Below, piece by piece: positions 57,132 to 64,000 of a stretch of 64,000 nt of DNA. Every line of letters starts with the position of its first letter. Position 1 is the first letter of the stretch. The translations under genes and the position numbers were made by a program. A model generated the notes under the pieces. It searched no databases. It was not told where the DNA came from and saw only the letters and a program-made list of their open reading frames with translations. Origin of the DNA: an uncultured Candidatus Poseidoniales archaeon (lineage in GTDB: Archaea; Thermoplasmatota; Poseidoniia; Poseidoniales; Thalassarchaeaceae); contig CAZXZO010000004.1 in the NCBI GenBank assembly GCA_964645485.1, forward strand, positions 1 to 64,000, in the 5' to 3' direction.

Positions 57132-58517
57132 ATGGCAGGAGACGTTTCAATTGACCCTTGGTCGTCAAGTCAGTCAACTGACTATTCTAGGATTATCCAA
57201 CAATTTGGGCTAGAAAAGGTAGACCATTCAGTATTGCCAAACCCGCACATGTTACATCGTAGAGGGATAGTATTCGCTCACCGTGACTTAAATCTCATTT
57301 TAGATGCTCACTCTAGTGGTAATCCATTCGGAGTCTTGACGGGGCTGATGCCTTCAGGAAGAATGCACCTTGGACACAAAATGGTCATTGACCAAGTAAA
57401 ATGGTTTCAAGAACAAGGTGCAGATGTATCAATCGCAGTTGCTGATTTAGAAGCCCATGCTACACGAGGTCTTTCACTAGAAGAATGCCGGCGAGTAGCA
57501 TTGGAAGAGTATGTAGCAAATTATGCTGCATTGGGATTAGACGTAGAAAACACATCTGTATACTTTCAATCAACAAGACCAGTTGTTCAAAGGTTAGGAT
57601 TCACTCTTGGAAAAAGGACCAATTTGTCTGAATTTGAAGCAATTTATGGGTTCAAAGGTGAAACGAACCTTGCACATGTGCAGGCACCATTGGTTCAAGC
57701 GGGGGATATTTTGCATCCTCAGTTAGACAAATACGGTGGCCTAAGACCAATTGTAGTGCCCGTCGGTGTTGACCAAGACCCACACTTGCGACTCACTCGT
57801 GGTTTAGCGGGTAAGACTAACTGGTTCAATGTAAAGGCTAGAAAATCAGGCGGTTTAGTAATCGGACTTTCTGTTCAAGAAGAGAATTCCGAAGCCCTAG
57901 GTGTTGCAAAGGACGGGAGGATTGACAAGAGTTTGAGGCAATCTGTGTTTGGAAAATTATCAGCAATTTTGGAAAGGATTGGTTTCAGTGATATTCGTTC
58001 TAATCCCAAGCACGGTTCAATTGAGATTCCTGCAGCAACAATGAGAGATAGAGATTTAATCCGGCCTGAACTTCTGAAATTAGAACGCTCCATGGGCGGA
58101 TTGGGTTTGTTACAACCTTCAAGCACGTACCATCAATTCGCGATGGGTATGACTGGTGATAAGATGTCATCAAGCCGCGAGGAGACTACAATTTTCCTAA
58201 GTGAAGATGTAGCCGTAATGGAAAAGAAGGTGAAATCCTCTTTTTCAGGCGGTCAACCGACTCTAGAAGAACACCGCCGACTTGGAGGGAATCCCGATGT
58301 GGATGTTGCATTCCAATATCTAAGATACTTCTTCGAAGATGATGATAATGCACTTGCGGAAATCGAGGCTGGTTATCGTTCGGGTGAACTTCTGACCGGC
58401 CAAATGAAACAAATTTGTATTGACAAAGCCAGCGAATATCTCAGCCATCTTGGCGAGATGCGCCAGCAAACTGCACATATTGTTGATGATTTCTTGGCTG
58501 CTGATTCACGTTTTTAG
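57132..58517 (+). CDS. trpS: Tryptophanyl-tRNA synthetase, archaeal long form
   Basis: GLMPSGRMHLGH (HIGH), QAGDIL, VGVDQDPHLRLTR, KMSSS. Confidence 0.95.
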   Translation: MAGDVSIDPWSSSQSTDYSRIIQQFGLEKVDHSVLPNPHMLHRRGIVFAHRDLNLILDAHSSGNPFGVLTGLMPSGRMHLGHKMVIDQVKWFQEQGADVSIAVADLEAHATRGLSLEECRRVALEEYVANYAALGLDVENTSVYFQSTRPVVQRLGFTLGKRTNLSEFEAIYGFKGETNLAHVQAPLVQAGDILHPQLDKYGGLRPIVVPVGVDQDPHLRLTRGLAGKTNWFNVKARKSGGLVIGLSVQEENSEALGVAKDGRIDKSLRQSVFGKLSAILERIGFSDIRSNPKHGSIEIPAATMRDRDLIRPELLKLERSMGGLGLLQPSSTYHQFAMGMTGDKMSSSREETTIFLSEDVAVMEKKVKSSFSGGQPTLEEHRRLGGNPDVDVAFQYLRYFFEDDDNALAEIEAGYRSGELLTGQMKQICIDKASEYLSHLGEMRQQTAHIVDDFLAADSRF

Positions 58518-58518
58518 T

Positions 58519-59139
58519 TCATTCAACATCTTCTGAACCCATGATGATAGGGGCTGGCCCGGGGTCAAGTTGGGCAACTTCTTCTGCGCTCAACTCTTTT
58601 TTTACCATATCATCATGGCCAATTATGCTGTGCCCTTTTGGGTCTAGAATTTGCAGAGAAAGTTCGCCAAGTAATTCACCCTTCGCAAGCGCTGTAAGAG
58701 CCATTTCAAGTTGAAACAATTTATCCAAATTTTCCTCATTGCTATCTTCTCCATTATCAATCTCCGATGATATTTGCCTCATCATCATTCGAATGATGTC
58801 GATGAAGCGATTTAGGACTCCTTCAACATTTGAAACATATCCTGAGGATTGAGTCCCAGGTGATACCTCTAGATCTAACTCAGGTATTCTAAGAGTGCCA
58901 GAAGAACCTCGAACGACTCTCGCTTGCAAGTGCTCTTCCTTTTCTATAGACAAGGTGCAAGAGATGGCTCCTCGTTCCTCTTCTGGGATGAAATCAGTTT
59001 GCTTCATGCCACACTTTTCACAACTAATTGTAATCTGAGTATGCTCACCGAAATAGGGGATTTCGGAAGACATTGATAGAAGTTTCAAATAACCTTCAGA
59101 TTGACAAGTCGGGCATGGGAAATCAAGGTCACTTTCCAC
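58519..59139 (-). CDS. ZPR1-type zinc finger protein
   Basis: CPTC, IPYFGE, CEKCG, IPELDLEVSPG, NVEGVL, ILDPKGHS. Confidence 0.9.
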   Translation of the reverse strand: MESDLDFPCPTCQSEGYLKLLSMSSEIPYFGEHTQITISCEKCGMKQTDFIPEEERGAISCTLSIEKEEHLQARVVRGSSGTLRIPELDLEVSPGTQSSGYVSNVEGVLNRFIDIIRMMMRQISSEIDNGEDSNEENLDKLFQLEMALTALAKGELLGELSLQILDPKGHSIIGHDDMVKKELSAEEVAQLDPGPAPIIMGSEDVE

Positions 59140-59148
59140 TTTACCACC

Positions 59149-59574
59149 TCACAAAGAGTGTTCGAATGATTCTTTTTCTAGACCCGCGACACCGCTTACT
59201 CCAGGAGGTAAGACTAACACGCGGTCTTCCCCAAGTTGAACGAGAGTTCCACCTACATCCTTGACAATGAAGTTTGAGATTTGTTCGATTGTAGTTTCAA
59301 ATTCAAAGCCTCTGTCGATAATTTTTCCTAACTCAACTATCACAACTTCTCCTTCTGCAGCCCAATTAAAAATCTCGTCTAAACCGGTAACATCGTGTAA
59401 AACTGCTCTGCGGATGACTAATTCCCCATCAATTCGTGGCACAGGAGCATCAGGGTATAACGACCCCAAGTCATGGTATAGTTGGCCAGGTTCCGGGCGT
59501 GGCATTTCCCCTTCTGAGGTGCTGGGAATGTCAATCCAGCGCGGCCCATCGCCTTCTTCCTCAGTCATTTCCAC
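59149..59574 (-). CDS. sepF: Archaeal SepF-like cell division protein
   Basis: GEVVIVEL...VGGTLVQLGEDRVLVLPPGV pattern; adjacency to ZPR1. Confidence 0.72.
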   Translation of the reverse strand: MEMTEEEGDGPRWIDIPSTSEGEMPRPEPGQLYHDLGSLYPDAPVPRIDGELVIRRAVLHDVTGLDEIFNWAAEGEVVIVELGKIIDRGFEFETTIEQISNFIVKDVGGTLVQLGEDRVLVLPPGVSGVAGLEKESFEHSL

Positions 59575-59743
59575 GGTTCACCCGTGCAGGGCTAGCCACA
59601 TAACCAATTTCCTGTTTTGTAGTAGGATGAATGCAGTTCGGTTTAGTCGGGTTGATAAGGGGCCGATATTTCGCCCTTCATGCACAAGCAGGTGGCCGGG
59701 CTCAGTGCGAATGTTCAAGAACGGGCAATTAGGGGATAATGAT

Positions 59744-60370
59744 ATGGACGCAGAGATGACGGCATTGAAGACAGGAACTAGCACCATCGGCATATGCTTT
59801 GATGGAGGCGTAGTAGTAGGTGCAGACCATCGAGCAACTATGGGTCACTTTGTGGCTAACAAGAATGTTCAGAAGTTATTCTCAATTGCTGATAATATCG
59901 CTCTTACAACTGCTGGATTGGTTGGTCATGCTCAAGTCCTTTCGCGTGTTTTGGCTGCTGAAATAGCAATCTATGAAATGAAGCGTGGTGGAATCATGAA
60001 GGTTGAAGCCGCCGCAACTCTCACTGCAAATATTCTCGGTGGCAGGCCTTATTGGGTTCAATTATTAATTGCCGGCGTGGATGTTGATGGAAGTCATGTT
60101 TATTCCATTGATTCAGCAGGTGGTTCAATTTCAGACACTTATTGCGCAACAGGCTCAGGTTCACCCTACATGTACGGTGTTCTAGAAGACCAGTACAAAG
60201 ATGATATGACTGAGAATGAAGCATTGAAAGTTGCCGCAAAAGCACTTTTGGCATCCGCTCAAAGAGATGCAGCGAGTGGTAACGGCATGGATTTGTGCGT
60301 AATCACATTGGACAAAGGATTCACCTTACTCACTGATGCACAGAAGCAGAAACTCATCAATTCTATTTGA
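59744..60370 (+). CDS. psmB: Proteasome beta subunit
   Basis: Propeptide ending KTG|TSTIG, ADHRAT, TGSGSPY, RDAASGNG. The longer ORF call is antisense to sepF. Confidence 0.95.
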   Translation: MDAEMTALKTGTSTIGICFDGGVVVGADHRATMGHFVANKNVQKLFSIADNIALTTAGLVGHAQVLSRVLAAEIAIYEMKRGGIMKVEAAATLTANILGGRPYWVQLLIAGVDVDGSHVYSIDSAGGSISDTYCATGSGSPYMYGVLEDQYKDDMTENEALKVAAKALLASAQRDAASGNGMDLCVITLDKGFTLLTDAQKQKLINSI

Positions 60371-60466
60371 GAATTGAAATCAAATTCCCGGCAGTTTAAC
60401 TGCTATTCTCCTCGCTTGAGGAAGCCCCAAAACTGCGGGATCCAGTTGACACGATGAGGTGTAGCA

Positions 60467-62368
60467 ATGAGATTGACCTTTAAGGAAATTAAAGAGAAGT
60501 TAATACAAATGATGCCTAGTAAGGCTGATTATGAAATTGATTTAGAAGCAGCAAGCATCGCCATTATCACTAAAACTCCAGAAGAATTCAACAATTCTCT
60601 AATTGGTGAGATGGCTAAAACAATTAAACGACGAATTATTGTTAGGCCACATGAATCTATTTTGATGAATCCAAGAGATGCCCAAGAATTAATTGGCAAC
60701 ATAATTCCAAAAGATTCACTCGTTCTCAATATTTGGTTTGACCCTGCAATTGGAGAGTGTACAATCGAATGTAAAGACCCAGCATTAGCTGTTGGGAAGA
60801 AGGGTGTACATCTCAAAGAAGTCAGGGATAAAATCGGATGGCACACTAACATAATCAGGTCATCAAGGATGGATAGCAGGACATCTACTGATATTCGGAG
60901 ATTCAGAATGGATAACTCCACAGACAGAAAAAAAGCACTGCGTAGATTTGGCAATAACATCTACCGCCCACAAAGGCCAGGGGAATCATGGGTTAGACTC
61001 ACGGCGCTCGGGTCGTATGGTGAAGTCGGAAGGGCAATGCATCTTGTCACGACTAACGAAAGTAGGGTTGTTGTGGATTGTGGCGCGAAACCGGGACGTG
61101 AAGATTCCTCAATGCCGTATTTTTCAGCACCTGAATTGCTTCCACCTGACAAAATTGATGCAGTTGTAATTACACACGCCCATCTCGACCATATTGGGAT
61201 GTTACCTGTATTATTCAAATATGGATATCGAGGTCCAGTATATTGCACTCCACCAACACGAGATTTGATGGTATTACTGCAACTAGATTTCATCAAGGTG
61301 TCACAGTCAGAAGGACGACAACCAGCGTACACCTTAGAAGATGTACAAACAATGATGCTTCATGTGGTTGACGTAGATTGGAACCAAACTACAGATATTT
61401 CTCCAGACATCAAAATGACACTATACAACGCTGGACATATTCTTGGTTCATCGTCTGTTCACATGCACATTGGAGAGGGATTGCATAATTTGGTATTCAG
61501 TGGTGATATAAAATACGAAAAATCTTGGCTTTATGATGCTGCTAATGTGCGCTTTCCACGGGTTGAAACTCTTGTACTTGAATCAACATATGGAGGTGCT
61601 AAATCATTCCAGCCTTCTAGGTTGGAAGCAACCCAAGAATTGCAAGATATGATGAAACGAGTTCTCAGCAAAGGTGGCAAAATATTCTGTCCTGTATTCG
61701 CTGTGGGACGAAGTCAAGAATTGATGATAGCAATTGACCAATTATTCAAATCGGGAGAATGTGAACCTGTTCCAGTTTGGCTTGATGGTATGATTCAAGA
61801 AGCAACAGCAATCCATGCACTACATCCTGATTATCTAAATCAAGAATTGCGGCAATCAGTCTTGAGAGATGATGAATCAAATCCTTTCTCATCCAAATGG
61901 TTCAAGAAAGTTGAGAGCAGAGACCAACGTGAATCAATCATCAACAACCCACGTCCTTGTATCGTTCTAGCGACCAGTGGGATGATGTCAGGTGGGCCAA
62001 TAGTTGAATACCTGAGAAATTGGTGTGAAGACCGATTAAACACCCTTTGTTTTGTCGGTTATCAAGCCGAAGGAACTCTTGGACGGAGACTCAAAGATGG
62101 CTTCAAGGATGTACCAATTAGTGATGGAGGAAGAGGCACAGAGATGATCAGAGTTGAGTGTGACTTAGTCATTATTGATGGGATGAGCGGCCATTCAGAC
62201 CGCCGACAATTGATGGAATACGTAAATCAAATGAATCCAAAACCACGTTTCATTATTTTGCACCATGGTGATGCAAAAATCGCTAACCAGTTCAGACAGG
62301 GGTTAAGAGAAACCTACCGCATTAGAACGGTTGCACCATCAAACCTTGAGACACTTCGGCTGGTCTGA
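60467..62368 (+). CDS. aCPSF1/FttA beta-CASP ribonuclease with KH domains
   Basis: KH region, then EVGR, THAHLDH, AGHILGS, ESTYG, FAVGRSQE, GMSGHSD. Confidence 0.95.
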   Translation: MRLTFKEIKEKLIQMMPSKADYEIDLEAASIAIITKTPEEFNNSLIGEMAKTIKRRIIVRPHESILMNPRDAQELIGNIIPKDSLVLNIWFDPAIGECTIECKDPALAVGKKGVHLKEVRDKIGWHTNIIRSSRMDSRTSTDIRRFRMDNSTDRKKALRRFGNNIYRPQRPGESWVRLTALGSYGEVGRAMHLVTTNESRVVVDCGAKPGREDSSMPYFSAPELLPPDKIDAVVITHAHLDHIGMLPVLFKYGYRGPVYCTPPTRDLMVLLQLDFIKVSQSEGRQPAYTLEDVQTMMLHVVDVDWNQTTDISPDIKMTLYNAGHILGSSSVHMHIGEGLHNLVFSGDIKYEKSWLYDAANVRFPRVETLVLESTYGGAKSFQPSRLEATQELQDMMKRVLSKGGKIFCPVFAVGRSQELMIAIDQLFKSGECEPVPVWLDGMIQEATAIHALHPDYLNQELRQSVLRDDESNPFSSKWFKKVESRDQRESIINNPRPCIVLATSGMMSGGPIVEYLRNWCEDRLNTLCFVGYQAEGTLGRRLKDGFKDVPISDGGRGTEMIRVECDLVIIDGMSGHSDRRQLMEYVNQMNPKPRFIILHHGDAKIANQFRQGLRETYRIRTVAPSNLETLRLV

Positions 62369-63214
62369 TTAAGAATATTCCAGCTGGACTTTGTCAATTT
62401 GTTTGCCTAGGATGTAAAGAACTAGGCCTGAAACCAAAGATAGTACACCAATGAAAGTCACGGCAAATGCTGCTAAAGCAACCCCGATGCTCACCGTATC
62501 GTGTGGACCTCCAATATCAATCAATGCAGTGGCCATTTGGTATCCAACTGTGAAGAAAATAATACCTGGGATTCCAAGTACAATAAGTGGGTGTTTTGAT
62601 TCGAGCATCCAGTAGAATAGTTGGGCAAACCGAGAGGCACTTGTCAAAGATTCCAATTCTTTGCCAACAGGTGTGGCATCGAGTTCAATTATTCTGACCT
62701 TGAGGTCATGAGATAGGTCTGCGGGCTTGTCATTGTCGTCTGCTTGTGCTAAGGCACGTAAGCCCTGTTTGGAGAAAGCGCAAACAGAAATTGCAGCATC
62801 TGCGTATGAATAAGAGGCGATTGTAATCGCTTCGCTTGAATCAGGAATGTCATCAGTTCGTTGGTTGACACTTCTATGCTTGAAGGCGATGTAGATATCA
62901 TTGCGACTACGTGAAAGGGCGATATGGCGTGGCAAATTCTTGAGTTTCCAGTCTTTGTCCAAACCGATTGCAACAGTATTTTCTGTTTCAGGTAACTCCA
63001 TCGCCAGTAAAGTACGGGCTAAACTTGGGGCGTGAGCAGGGCCATCATGAACCACATAAGTCCCACCCGCTTTCTCAACCATCTCACGTTGTTTTTCATC
63101 TTCTCCTAGAGAAATTACAACAACATCGTCAACAAAATCAGTACCGCGGCTTACAGCCGACCCTAATCGAAGGGCTTGTTCTCGAGCAACAAACACTAAT
63201 CGCATGCTTCCCAA
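62369..63214 (-). CDS. Degenerate GT2-like membrane protein
   Basis: The C-terminal HPL..GIPG..TM-TM unit is typical of GT2 proteins. The N-domain aligns loosely but has VVISLG and IGLD in place of VVDDG and DxD. Confidence 0.55.
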   Translation of the reverse strand: MGSMRLVFVAREQALRLGSAVSRGTDFVDDVVVISLGEDEKQREMVEKAGGTYVVHDGPAHAPSLARTLLAMELPETENTVAIGLDKDWKLKNLPRHIALSRSRNDIYIAFKHRSVNQRTDDIPDSSEAITIASYSYADAAISVCAFSKQGLRALAQADDNDKPADLSHDLKVRIIELDATPVGKELESLTSASRFAQLFYWMLESKHPLIVLGIPGIIFFTVGYQMATALIDIGGPHDTVSIGVALAAFAVTFIGVLSLVSGLVLYILGKQIDKVQLEYS

Positions 63215-63310
63215 CCCTCCGTCGGGTCGGTCTAAGGGTTAATCATTCGCCCTAAGATGTAGCAAAAATGTGGAACTCATTGAAAGACCGTGTCTGCCGC
63301 CGCCGAATTG

Positions 63311-64000
63311 ATGCGCAACGGATGGCGAGTGGCGGTAGTGATGCCAGCCTTCAATGAGCAAGTGCAAATTGAGGCGGCGATCAACTCTATACCATCCTGG
63401 ATAGATTCGTTGGTAGTTGTGGATGATGGCTCAACTGATTTGACTTACCAAAAAGCCGAATCGGTGCTTCCAGCCTTTGGTAAAATCGTCACGACTAATG
63501 GACTTGGAGTGGGTGGTGCAATCGCAACTGGATACGCGGAGGTAATCTCTGACCTACAGAGTGAAAATGTAGGCACACATGACTGGGCTGTTGTTGTAAT
63601 GGCCGGTGATGGGCAAATGGACCCAGAGGATATTGACAATCTTCTCACTCCTCTCTCAAGAGTTCCGTTTGTGAAAGGTGACCGATTCTCTCACCATTCC
63701 GGATTAGGGGGAATGCCAAAAAATAGACGGGTTGGCTCATGGGTGTTAGGAAAACTAACCTCCCTTGCAAGTGGCCGCCATGTGAATGACCCTCAGTGCG
63801 GCTATACTGCGGTTACCGTAGATGCATTACTACAATGGGATTGGGTGAGTAAGTGGCAAGGATATGGTTATCCAAATTGGTGGTTACTGAACATTGGTTC
63901 ACAATCAATTCCGTTTGAATCTGTGCCGGTGAAATCGGTTTATCGTGACGAAAAATCTGGAATAAAAGTGCTCAAATTTTTGCCTCGGATTTCACTATTA
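63311..64000 (+). CDS. Family 2 glycosyltransferase, truncated by window edge
   Basis: Not in the ORF track (no stop). Read manually: MRNGWRVAVVMPAFNE, VVVDDGSTD, GVGGAIATG, MAGDGQMDP, DPQCGY. Confidence 0.9.
   Translation, partial: MRNGWRVAVVMPAFNEQVQIEAAINSIPSWIDSLVVVDDGSTDLTYQKAESVLPAFGKIVTTNGLGVGGAIATGYAEVISDLQSENVGTHDWAVVVMAGDGQMDPEDIDNLLTPLSRVPFVKGDRFSHHSGLGGMPKNRRVGSWVLGKLTSLASGRHVNDPQCGYTAVTVDALLQWDWVSKWQGYGYPNWWLLNIGSQSIPFESVPVKSVYRDEKSGIKVLKFLPRISLL

Noticed and set aside
59261-59743. 160-aa N-terminal extension on the proteasome beta subunit
   Set aside because: It is the antisense frame of sepF; the normal propeptide starts at 59744.

Overview
Chromosomal segment from an archaeon, most likely a marine Thermoplasmatota (Marine Group II/Poseidoniales-like). 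This is inferred from the unsplit RpoB, GGTGA Shine-Dalgarno sites, psmB-aCPSF1, PurP, sepF-ZPR1 and bacterial-type plsC, thyA and folA. In order, the window holds: (1) an acyl-CoA carboxyltransferase / methylmalonyl-CoA mutase B12 domain / MeaB cluster; (2) an AsnB-like amidotransferase next to a GshA; (3) an unusual respiratory operon with a Reeler-domain CxCH protein, a Rieske protein, a b6-type cytochrome b and a subunit-IV protein fused to a heterodisulfide-reductase-like Fe-S/CCG enzyme; (4) a divergent FtsZ; (5) a three-gene split glutamate synthase; (6) a HemK-BirA fusion; (7) tRNA-Lys; (8) the RNA polymerase operon, where RpoH and RpoA2 share a homologous extra N-terminal module and RpoA1 carries a large Cys-containing insertion; (9) a KaiC-like ATPase, a roadblock protein and four coiled-coil paralogues; (10) an AT-rich metalloprotease island; (11) pdxS and an Hpy99I-like type II restriction-modification pair; (12) folA-thyA, plsC, trpS, ZPR1, sepF, psmB, aCPSF1 and two glycosyltransferase-family genes. 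The strongest novelty candidates are the Rieske/cyt b-Hdr fusion operon and the shared module on two RNA polymerase subunits. Family calls come from motif recognition by eye; no database searches were run.
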